Assembly: GCF_000008625.1 (NCBI RefSeq)
Contig: NC_000918.1
Coordinates: 930,001-962,000, forward strand
From: Aquifex aeolicus VF5
GTDB taxonomy: Bacteria; Aquificota; Aquificia; Aquificales; Aquificaceae
Direction of reading: 5' to 3'
Length of the DNA: 32,000 nucleotides
Positions 9,501-17,304 of the stretch are shown here, piece after piece (the first letter of the stretch is position 1; every line of letters begins with the position of its first letter). Under the pieces are notes generated by a model, which worked only from the letters and a program-made list of their open reading frames with translations, did not search any database and was not told the DNA's origin. A program made the translations under genes and the position numbers.

Positions 9501-9925
9501 ACCATATCCTCCAAGCTTTCTATTACTTTAATAATATCCTCTAAAGGTGTTTCTCTATCAACGGTGAGTATAACGTTTTTGGCGTCAACTTTTCCCACAG
9601 ATATTTTAGGGATTTCCTCTTCCCACTTAAAGCCTTCAAGGATGACTATATCGCAGTCCGAGAAAAACCTCTTTACTATTTCCAGAGGCTTGAACTCTCC
9701 CCATTCCCAGTAGGTAACTCTGTTAGGAGAAAGGAGAGCCAGTTTCTCAACGAGTTTTGAAATCCTGTGTGTGTCAGACCCCTCCTTGTCCGTAACTCCG
9801 TGCCCTTTGGGGTCGTGCTTCAGATAACACACCCTGTAACCTTTTTCCTTCAGTTTCGGGATTAACCTCTCTATGAGAGTAGTTTTCCCTACGTTGTGCT
9901 TCCCTACGAAAGCAATTACTTTCAT
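9497..9925 (-). CDS. mobB: Molybdopterin-guanine dinucleotide biosynthesis adapter protein MobB (P-loop GTPase)
   Basis: 142 aa with a VGKHNVGKTTLIERLIPKLKEKGYRV P-loop, LKHD and ILEGFK motifs that align along the length of E. coli MobB. AGGAGA SD upstream. Confidence 0.85.
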   Translation of the reverse strand: MKVIAFVGKHNVGKTTLIERLIPKLKEKGYRVCYLKHDPKGHGVTDKEGSDTHRISKLVEKLALLSPNRVTYWEWGEFKPLEIVKRFFSDCDIVILEGFKWEEEIPKISVGKVDAKNVILTVDRETPLEDIIKVIESLEDMV

Positions 9926-9954
9926 ATTTTTCTCCTATAAAATGTATTTTTACT

Positions 9955-10638
9955 ATGATACCCATAAAAGATGTAAATCCCTCCAGAACTTTTCCCATAG
10001 TTAACTTAAGCATAATAGTTGCGTGTTCGTTGATATGGCTTTACGAATGGAGTCTTACGGACGAGGTTATATACACCTTTCAGGGGGCGGTTACGAAGTT
10101 TGAACTCTTCTTAAGGGAATGGGGACTCGTGCCGGTGGAACTTCCTCAGAAGCCTTACACTCTACTCACACACATGTTCCTCCACGGTAGCTGGGGACAC
10201 ATCATCGGGAACATGTGGTTCTTGTGGGTCTTTGGTGATAACGTTGAGGACAAACTCGGGAAGTTCAGGTACATAATCTTTTACATTCTTTGCGGACTCG
10301 GTGCTGCTCTGACGCAAACCTTTATAAGTCTTGCTTTTGGCGGTGCAAACGTCCCCATGGTCGGGGCAAGCGGTGCGATTAGCGGAGTTCTGGGAGCTTA
10401 CATGAAGATGTTTCCCCACGCAAGGGTTCTTGCATTAGTTCCAGTATTCATATTCCTGACTCTTATGGAACTTCCCGCGGTTATTTTCATAGGTCTGTGG
10501 TTCTTTATTCAGATAATTAACGGTATAATTACACTTCCCTTTATAGGCTACGGAGGAGTAGCTTGGTACGCCCACATAGGCGGTTTCATAACGGGCTACC
10601 TGCTGGTTGATTACTTCAGGAAAAGGAGTTATTCCTAA
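9955..10638 (+). CDS. Rhomboid-family intramembrane serine protease
   Basis: 227-aa 6-TM protein with HMFLHGSWGHIIGNM, the catalytic GASGAISGVLGAY (GxSG) and the downstream HIGGFITG histidine. Confidence 0.88.
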   Translation: MIPIKDVNPSRTFPIVNLSIIVACSLIWLYEWSLTDEVIYTFQGAVTKFELFLREWGLVPVELPQKPYTLLTHMFLHGSWGHIIGNMWFLWVFGDNVEDKLGKFRYIIFYILCGLGAALTQTFISLAFGGANVPMVGASGAISGVLGAYMKMFPHARVLALVPVFIFLTLMELPAVIFIGLWFFIQIINGIITLPFIGYGGVAWYAHIGGFITGYLLVDYFRKRSYS

Positions 10639-12929
10639 AACTCCACTTCCTCGTAATTCAGAATTTCTTCCAGTATCTCCTTCTTCTTCATCCTTATTGC
10701 CTTGTTTCCCAATAGGTAGAGCCCTGTGGCGAAGAGTATCCTGTCGTCTACGAGGATGCCTTCCTTGTTCCTTTTGAGAAGGTTTAAAACTGCCTTTGCT
10801 TCCCTCTTTGCGTTTTCCGAATACCTTTCTTCCTTGTACCTTTCTTCCATAAGGATTTCGTATAGGGCTTTTTGTATGGAACTTTCACTCGGAAACTCCG
10901 AAAGGAGATTTTGTATGAGTTCCTCTGTAGGAGAGCCTATTTCTGGAACTTTAACGTTGTTGTAGTAAAGTAGCTTTTTAAGCAGGTTTGCCCTTATGTG
11001 TCCCGCACCTTTTAATCCTCCTAGAGAGCTGTAATCCGTGGTCAAACCGTATTTTACCGAGTGTGCTATTTTCAAGAAATCTTTTAGGGAAAGGTCTAAG
11101 TCGCCGATTTTCTTTATTTCAATCATTGTTCTTATGAGGTGAAGGACGTCCGTACCGAGGTAAGAAAACTCTCCGGGCGGGTTTTTCACGTTCTTGTACT
11201 TGAACGTTAATCCTTCTACGTAAAAGAGGAATTGGTGGGTGTTGTCCTTTAAACACTCGCTTCCGCATGTCAGGAGTTTTTCCCTTACGTACATGTCGTC
11301 TTCAAGGAAGGTGTCTCCCTTTTTTACGAAATCGTAAAGTCCGTCAAACTTCTTCGTAAAGAGAAGTGGTCTTATGTAAACGATTTCTTCAAGTCCCAAG
11401 TATTTTCTCCTCAGGAATTCCTCGTAATTAATTGGTGGCATTCCCGAACGGACGCAGAACAGTGCCTTGTCGCTTAACTTTCCCTTTTCTATGTAACCCT
11501 TATCTTTTAACCACTCGTACACCTCGTCAATCTGAGGTGAGTAGGCGAGTTCCTTTAAAGAGTACGTCCTTTCCAGAAACTTTCTAAAGTTTTCCCCCTC
11601 ATAGAGAAAACCTACAAGTATAAATAGGCTGAGTACTTTCAGTTTTTCCTCAGAAAGGAAGACTTCTCTAAGGTAAGGTTTGAACTCTTCCTTTAGCTTT
11701 TCCGAGAGAGCTTTAGCGAGGTTTTCCTCCTTTGCCCCGTAAGGGAGTATGTAGGAGTATCCTTTTTCTTTAATACCGAGTCTTCCGGCCCTTCCCTCCA
11801 TCTGGAGAATGTCAAGAACGTCGGGGAAGAACTTTCTCTGTCTTCTTTCCCTGTCGTAAAAGGAGCGAACGCTTATTATTACCGTATCCGCTGGCAGATT
11901 TACACCGTAGGCAAGGGTGGACGTGGCAACGAGAACCGGCAGTTTTCCCTCCCTGAAGGCTTTTTCTATCTCGTCCCTCTCCTCTTTCGGGACGTCCGCG
12001 TTGTGAAAGGCGAGTTCTACCTCTTCCCTTTCCTCTTTTTCAAAAGGAGTGGTTTCGTTCATTATCCCTATCTTTTCCCTGTTTGCGATTTCAAGTACGT
12101 TCCAGCCCACGCTTTTTTTGTGGACAAAGAGTATTACCTGCTCATCGGGTTTCTTTAAGGTGTAAAGTGCTCCCAGAAGCTTGTTAGCGATTTTTTCGTC
12201 CTGAGTTGCCCCCTTCGGAAGTTTAGTAAATTCCTCAAACTTGATTAGGGGAATTATCTTTCTTTCCAGGGGTACGGGTCTCCATCGGGATTCTATGAAG
12301 AGTTCAGCCTTTATCCACTTGGCAAGTTGCTCAGCGCCCGGAAGTGTGGCGGAAAGCCCGAGTATTTCATAATTCCCGTCAAGGAGAAAAGTTATTATCT
12401 CTTCCAGTATCCATCCCCTGCTTCCCATAAGCTGGTGAATTTCGTCTATGACTACACCTCTCGCTTCCTCTATCCAGCTTGCCCTGTTCCTTAGAGCAAG
12501 GGCTAAGCTCTCGTAAGTGGCAACCACAACCTCGCTTTTTATTTCTTTGTAAAGTTCAAAAACCTCTCCGGTTCTGACTTCTACTTTTTTTCTGAATAAT
12601 TCCCTCAGTTCACTTGCCTTTTCGTAAACGAGGGAACGGGTGGGTGCCGTGAAAACCTTTATTCCTTCTTTTCCCCTTAAAAATAAGAAGGCTGTCAGAC
12701 TCTTTCCCGCAGACGTGGGAGCGCTGACGAGTGCATTCCCGCCTTCGTACTCTTTATAAAAAAGTGTCTGTATGGGGTTTAAAAGCTCATAAGGTATTCT
12801 TTCATCCACTTCTTTTCCCTTTATCAGTTCTTCCGTTTTTGGTCTCCCGCTTACCTTTTTGTAAACGAGCTTTCCCGAAGGTGGGTTTATCTTGAACTCG
12901 GATTTCTCAAGAACGATGAAGTGTTTCAT
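10635..12929 (-). CDS. Superfamily-2 DEIH-box helicase, Ski2/Hel308-like, with a C-terminal region of roughly 320 aa and unknown function
   Basis: 764 aa with motif I APTSAGKS, motif II DEIH, motif III SAT, LVATSTLAYGVNLP and motif VI QMEGRAGR (the Ski2-type QMxGRAGR). Confidence 0.85.
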   Translation of the reverse strand: MKHFIVLEKSEFKINPPSGKLVYKKVSGRPKTEELIKGKEVDERIPYELLNPIQTLFYKEYEGGNALVSAPTSAGKSLTAFLFLRGKEGIKVFTAPTRSLVYEKASELRELFRKKVEVRTGEVFELYKEIKSEVVVATYESLALALRNRASWIEEARGVVIDEIHQLMGSRGWILEEIITFLLDGNYEILGLSATLPGAEQLAKWIKAELFIESRWRPVPLERKIIPLIKFEEFTKLPKGATQDEKIANKLLGALYTLKKPDEQVILFVHKKSVGWNVLEIANREKIGIMNETTPFEKEEREEVELAFHNADVPKEERDEIEKAFREGKLPVLVATSTLAYGVNLPADTVIISVRSFYDRERRQRKFFPDVLDILQMEGRAGRLGIKEKGYSYILPYGAKEENLAKALSEKLKEEFKPYLREVFLSEEKLKVLSLFILVGFLYEGENFRKFLERTYSLKELAYSPQIDEVYEWLKDKGYIEKGKLSDKALFCVRSGMPPINYEEFLRRKYLGLEEIVYIRPLLFTKKFDGLYDFVKKGDTFLEDDMYVREKLLTCGSECLKDNTHQFLFYVEGLTFKYKNVKNPPGEFSYLGTDVLHLIRTMIEIKKIGDLDLSLKDFLKIAHSVKYGLTTDYSSLGGLKGAGHIRANLLKKLLYYNNVKVPEIGSPTEELIQNLLSEFPSESSIQKALYEILMEERYKEERYSENAKREAKAVLNLLKRNKEGILVDDRILFATGLYLLGNKAIRMKKKEILEEILNYEEVEF

Positions 12930-12975
12930 TCTAAATTAATATTAACCCTGACATGGAAACTCTCTTCCTTTTGTC

Positions 12976-12981
12976 TATAAT
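12976..12981 (+). promoter_or_regulatory. Candidate -10 hexamer (TATAAT) 8 nt upstream of the moeB ATG; possible leaderless transcript
   Basis: TATAAT at 12976-12981, ATG at 12990, and no purine-rich SD in between. Confidence 0.3.
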
Positions 12982-12989
12982 TTATATGC

Positions 12990-13805
12990 ATGTTTAACTT
13001 TACCGAGGAGCAAATTAAGAGGTACGCCCGTCACATAATCCTCCCAGAAGTCGGAGGAAAGGGACAGGCTAAACTCCTCCAATCTAAAGTGCTCGTTATA
13101 GGAGCCGGGGGACTGGGTTCTCCCGCACTATACTACCTCGCCGCTGCGGGTGTTGGAACTATAGGAATAGTTGACTTTGACGTTGTAGACTTTTCAAACC
13201 TACAGAGGCAGATACTCCACACGACAGAAAGGGTCGGAACTCCCAAGGTGGAGAGTGCAAAAAAGACTTTGGAAGCCCTTAACCCAGACGTTAAAGTTAT
13301 TACGTACAACACAAAGATAAATAAAAACAACGTAATGGACATTATTAAGGACTACGACGTCATTCTCGACGGGACAGATAACTTCCCCACGAGGTTTTTA
13401 ATAAACGACGCCTGTTACTTTGCAGGGAAACCCCTTGTTTCCGCTGCCATGCTGAGATTTGAGGGGCAGTGCACCGTTTTTGACTTTAGGGACAAGGAAA
13501 ACTCTCCCTGTTACAGGTGCTTATTCCCCGAACCGCCACCGCCTGGGCTCGTGCCCTCCTGTCAGGAAGCGGGAATTCTCGGTTCTGTTGGCGGAATTAT
13601 GGGAAGCATACAGGCAACCGAAGCGATAAAGCTCCTCCTCGGAATAGGCGAACCCTTAGTGGGTAAGCTCCTCATAATGGATGCTCTATCTATGGACTTT
13701 AGAAAGGTAAAACTCAGGAAAGATCCAAAGTGTCCCCTTTGCGGAGAAAATCCAAAGATAAAGGAACTCATAGAGTACGACCAGAGCTGTGAAGTGAGGT
13801 TTTAA
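12990..13805 (+). CDS. moeB: ThiF/MoeB-family E1-like adenylyltransferase (molybdopterin or thiocarboxylate carrier activating)
   Basis: 271 aa with RYARHIILPEVGGKGQAKLLQSKVLVIGAGGLGSP (Rossmann GxGxxG), DFDVVDFSNLQRQ and two CxxC pairs (CYRC, CPLC), as in MoeB/ThiF/TtuC. No rhodanese domain. Confidence 0.85.
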   Translation: MFNFTEEQIKRYARHIILPEVGGKGQAKLLQSKVLVIGAGGLGSPALYYLAAAGVGTIGIVDFDVVDFSNLQRQILHTTERVGTPKVESAKKTLEALNPDVKVITYNTKINKNNVMDIIKDYDVILDGTDNFPTRFLINDACYFAGKPLVSAAMLRFEGQCTVFDFRDKENSPCYRCLFPEPPPPGLVPSCQEAGILGSVGGIMGSIQATEAIKLLLGIGEPLVGKLLIMDALSMDFRKVKLRKDPKCPLCGENPKIKELIEYDQSCEVRF

Positions 13806-15002
13806 GTGAAAAAACTCCTTTCCCTTGAGAACCTCACGCTCCTTTCCCTAATCCTTGCCGTCTTTTTTGGTATTTACTTTAAAGAAATAGCCCTGAATAT
13901 CAAACTCTTCGGGGACGTTTTCTTAAGTCTCCTGAAAATGATAATAGTCCCCCTCGTTTTTACCTCCGTTTTCACCGCCATACTAAACCTTGAGAGTCTG
14001 GCAAAATTCAGGGATCTGGGTTTAAAAGCCTTTTTATACTACTTCACGACCACGGGAATGGCGGTTTTTACGGGACTTGTTCTCGTGAACATAATACAGC
14101 CGGGAAAGGGTGCAAGCGGAGTAAGTGCAAAACCTGAAGAAATCCCGAAGGTTCAGGAGTTTTCTCTTGAGAACTTAATTCTCGGACTTATTCCCCAGAA
14201 TCCCTTTGAGGCTTTTTCTGAAGGAAAGGTTCTCCAGATTATAGTTTTCGCGGTCTTTATAGGACTTGCTGTTCTGACTATAGATAAGTTCAAACAGGAA
14301 ATAATAAAGAACTTCTTTGAGGGTTTTAACGAAGCCCTAATACGACTGACAAAGTGGGTTATAGTCTTAACTCCCGTGGGAGTTTTTGCCCTTGTTTCTT
14401 ATCTGATAGCAAAGGTGGGGTATCAGGTTCTTATTTCCCTGTGGGAATACGCACTAACCGTTTTGCTCGGCCTGCTCATACACGCCTTCGTAAATCTTCC
14501 ATTAATTGCCTACATATTCGGAAGGTACAATCCCTACAAGTACTTTATACAGGTGAGGGAAGCCCTGCTTCTTGCATTTTCCACTGCATCCAGCGCTGCA
14601 ACGCTTCCTGTCTCCCTTGAACTTGCAATCGAAAGGGGAAAGGTAAAAAAGGAAGTGGCTGGCTTTGTCCTGCCCTTGGGAGCTACCATAAACATGGACG
14701 GCACGGCCCTTTACGAGTCGGTGGCAGCTGTTTACATCGCAAACCTTTACGGAATAGACCTCTCAATCTCTCAAATGGTTACGATATTCCTGACCGCGAC
14801 GCTTGCCTCTATCGGTGCTGCGGCAATTCCCGGAGCGGGTTTAGTTCTCCTGACTTTAGTCCTCAGTTCCGTAGGGATTCCTTTAGAAGGTATAGGACTC
14901 ATAATCGCAGTTGACAGGTTTCTGGACATGCTGAGAACTGCGGTAAACGTCTGGGGTGACCTGAACGGAGCTAAGATTCTGAATAGGTACGTAAACAGCT
15001 AA
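13806..15002 (+). CDS. Dicarboxylate/amino acid:cation symporter (DAACS family, GltP/GltPh-like)
   Basis: 398-aa polytopic protein with AFSTASSAATLP (HP1 SSxxTLP-type motif), GATINMDGTALYE and AVDRFLDMLRTAVNVWGD. GTG start directly after the moeB stop, with GAGG 6 nt upstream. Confidence 0.88.
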   Translation: MKKLLSLENLTLLSLILAVFFGIYFKEIALNIKLFGDVFLSLLKMIIVPLVFTSVFTAILNLESLAKFRDLGLKAFLYYFTTTGMAVFTGLVLVNIIQPGKGASGVSAKPEEIPKVQEFSLENLILGLIPQNPFEAFSEGKVLQIIVFAVFIGLAVLTIDKFKQEIIKNFFEGFNEALIRLTKWVIVLTPVGVFALVSYLIAKVGYQVLISLWEYALTVLLGLLIHAFVNLPLIAYIFGRYNPYKYFIQVREALLLAFSTASSAATLPVSLELAIERGKVKKEVAGFVLPLGATINMDGTALYESVAAVYIANLYGIDLSISQMVTIFLTATLASIGAAAIPGAGLVLLTLVLSSVGIPLEGIGLIIAVDRFLDMLRTAVNVWGDLNGAKILNRYVNS

Positions 15003-15013
15003 AATTAAGAGGT

Positions 15014-16060
15014 ATGCAAACATTACTGTACATTCTGTTTTTATTATTCCTTTTTTCCTGTTCAAAAACGGAGGAGAAAAAAACTCCCCAAGCGAGGAAA
15101 ATACAGGTATCCGTCGTAGAAGTTAAAAGAGAAAAGGTAGTTGTAAGCGTTCCTTTCAAAGGAGTCCTGAAGGCGGTAAAAGAAGCCGAGCTCTCATCTC
15201 AGGAGCCCGGAGTTTTAACAAGACTATACAAAAGGGAAGGGGAGTACGTAAAAAAGGGAGAAGTGCTTGCACAGGTGGAAAGCAATCTTGCAAAGGAAAG
15301 CTACAGGAAAGTTTTAAACCAGTTAAAAGAAGTTGAAAAGCAAGTAGAACTCCAGAAAAAGATTTACGAAAGGAGAAAGAAACTCTTTGAAAGGGAGTTA
15401 ATATCTAAGGAAGAGTACGAAAGGGAAAAGTACAAACTTGAAGAATTAATCCAGCGAAAAAAAGCCCTTGAAAGCGAACTGAAGTACTTTAAAGAAAAAG
15501 TAAGGAGACACTATGTAAGAGCTCCTTTTGATGGATACATTACTGAAAGGTACAAAAACATGGGTGATTACGTTACTCCCCAGACTCCCGTGTTCAGGCT
15601 GATAAACCTTGGAGAGCTTGAATTTTCCTTTAAAGTCCCCGCAAGATACGTTTCCCTTCTGAAAAAAGGAAAAGAATTAAATGTGGAGCTTGAAAATGGT
15701 AAGAATGTAAAGGGAAGAGTTTACTTTATCTCCGAAAGGGGTGACGAGAACAATCAATTTCTTGTAAAACTTTTAATAAATAACGAAGAAGGAAAGTTAA
15801 AGGCAGGAACGTTCGGGTTTGCGGAGGTACCAGTTAGGGAGGTTTACGCCTTTAAGGTTCCCGAGGACGCTGTTATCCTTCAAGGGAACAAAAAAATAAT
15901 CTGGGTCCTTGAAGGGAACAGGGTAAGGTCAAGGGAGGTCGAAGTAATATTCATAAATGGTGGATACGCCTACGTTGAAGGAGACCTGAAAGACGGCGAT
16001 AAAGTGGTTACGGAAAACACATTTTTATTGAAAGAAGGAGCTGAGGTAGTGGTGAGATGA
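15014..16060 (+). CDS. Efflux-system periplasmic adaptor (membrane fusion protein, HlyD/AcrA family), lipoprotein
   Basis: 348 aa with a signal peptide and lipobox (LFLFSC). It has a lipoyl-like segment (GEYVKKGEVLAQVES ... VRAPFDGYITE) split by a long coiled-coil hairpin, then beta-barrel and membrane-proximal-like C-terminal parts. Confidence 0.8.
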   Translation: MQTLLYILFLLFLFSCSKTEEKKTPQARKIQVSVVEVKREKVVVSVPFKGVLKAVKEAELSSQEPGVLTRLYKREGEYVKKGEVLAQVESNLAKESYRKVLNQLKEVEKQVELQKKIYERRKKLFERELISKEEYEREKYKLEELIQRKKALESELKYFKEKVRRHYVRAPFDGYITERYKNMGDYVTPQTPVFRLINLGELEFSFKVPARYVSLLKKGKELNVELENGKNVKGRVYFISERGDENNQFLVKLLINNEEGKLKAGTFGFAEVPVREVYAFKVPEDAVILQGNKKIIWVLEGNRVRSREVEVIFINGGYAYVEGDLKDGDKVVTENTFLLKEGAEVVVR

Positions 16061-16072
16061 GTGGTGAGATGA
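16049..16072 (+). repeat. Perfect 12-nt tandem duplication (GTGGTGAGATGA x2) at the adaptor/TolC gene junction
   Basis: Read directly: 16049-16060 and 16061-16072 are identical. Copy 1 carries the adaptor stop and the first TolC ATG (16057). Copy 2 carries a second in-frame ATG (16069). Confidence 0.9.
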
Positions 16073-17304
16073 GAGTAATTTGGGTAATCCTTTTCCTTTT
16101 TACTTTTTCCTTCCCGCTTACCTTGGAAGAAGCGGTAAGTATAGCCTTGAAAAACGTAACAGATGTCAAGCTTTCACGTTACGAACTGAAAAAGCTCGAC
16201 TACGAGATAAAGAAAGCGCTTTCTGGCATACTGCCGAAGGTGACGGGTTCTTACTCTTACTTAAGGCTGGACGATTCCCTCGTTTACGGATTTGCCTTGA
16301 GGGACAGGCAAAGTTACGACATTACGCTTTCTCAAACTATTTTCAACAAAGCAATTTTTGACAGTATCTCCCTTGCCAAAAGCCAGAAGGAACTCCAGAA
16401 CTTAATACTTGAGGATGTAAAAAGGGAAGTTGTCTACAGAGTTAAAGACATGTACTACGCAATTCTCTACAAGTGGACGGTTGTTGAGTTAAAAAAGGAA
16501 AACCTGAAATACTGGGAGGAGTACTTAAAGACTGTTGAAGAGAAGTATAAGGCGGGGATACTCCCGAAGGTTGAGTACGTAAGGGCTAAGGCTCAGTTTG
16601 AAAACGCAAAGGCGGAGCTCGCACAGGCAAGAGCGGACTACGAGAAATCAATAGAAAACTTTAAAGCTTTTTTAAAACTTGAAAAAACTCCTGAGTTCAT
16701 GGGAAAATTAGAAGTAAACCTGAATGAAGACTTTTCTGAGGAAAAACTTTTAGAGTTCCTTGAGAAAAACAACTCCACCTTGAAGGTAGCAAAGGCGAGG
16801 ATAGAAGTGGCAAAGAAAACCTACAACTTGTCAAAGGCGGATTATTATCCTACCCTTGACGCTTACCTTACTTACGAGGGTTACACGACGAGAAAGAGCC
16901 TCTTCGGAGGAAAGGAATGGGTTAAGGGCTATACTTTCGGTATCAGTTTGAACTACAAGTTTTTTGACGGGTTTGCGAGAGAGGCGGAAGTTGCCCAGAG
17001 GAAGGTAGATATCTTTCAGGAGAAAGAAAGGTTTAAAGATACGTTTTTTAACGTAAAGAGGGACTTAAAGAACGCCCTCCTCGAAATAAAGTCCCTGAAG
17101 GAACGAATAAAGGCTGTGAAGCTCTCCCTTGAAGCGGCAAAGGAGACTTTAAAGCTCGCCACGGAAAGGCACAAAGAAGGTATTGGAACGTACCTTGAGG
17201 TTTTAGACGCAAGGAGGAATTACAACGACACTTTAGATACTCTACACTTTTTGACTTACAGGTATATGAGCACGCTCGCCTTAATAGAACGCTTAACCAG
17301 ATGA
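16057..17304 (+). CDS. TolC-family outer membrane efflux protein
   Basis: 415 aa with a signal peptide, a two-fold internal repeat architecture and long helical segments typical of TolC/OprM-type outer membrane factors. It is coupled to the adaptor by an ATGA overlap. An alternative in-frame ATG lies at 16069. Confidence 0.8.
   Translation: MSGEMRVIWVILFLFTFSFPLTLEEAVSIALKNVTDVKLSRYELKKLDYEIKKALSGILPKVTGSYSYLRLDDSLVYGFALRDRQSYDITLSQTIFNKAIFDSISLAKSQKELQNLILEDVKREVVYRVKDMYYAILYKWTVVELKKENLKYWEEYLKTVEEKYKAGILPKVEYVRAKAQFENAKAELAQARADYEKSIENFKAFLKLEKTPEFMGKLEVNLNEDFSEEKLLEFLEKNNSTLKVAKARIEVAKKTYNLSKADYYPTLDAYLTYEGYTTRKSLFGGKEWVKGYTFGISLNYKFFDGFAREAEVAQRKVDIFQEKERFKDTFFNVKRDLKNALLEIKSLKERIKAVKLSLEAAKETLKLATERHKEGIGTYLEVLDARRNYNDTLDTLHFLTYRYMSTLALIERLTR

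Noticed and set aside
8910-9713. Plus-strand ORFs 8910..9119, 9230..9544 and 9474..9713, opposite the Zn-ribbon and mobB genes
   Set aside because: The minus-strand genes have recognisable motifs (MobB P-loop, regularly spaced CxxC pairs) and coupled starts. The plus-strand products have no features and no SD.
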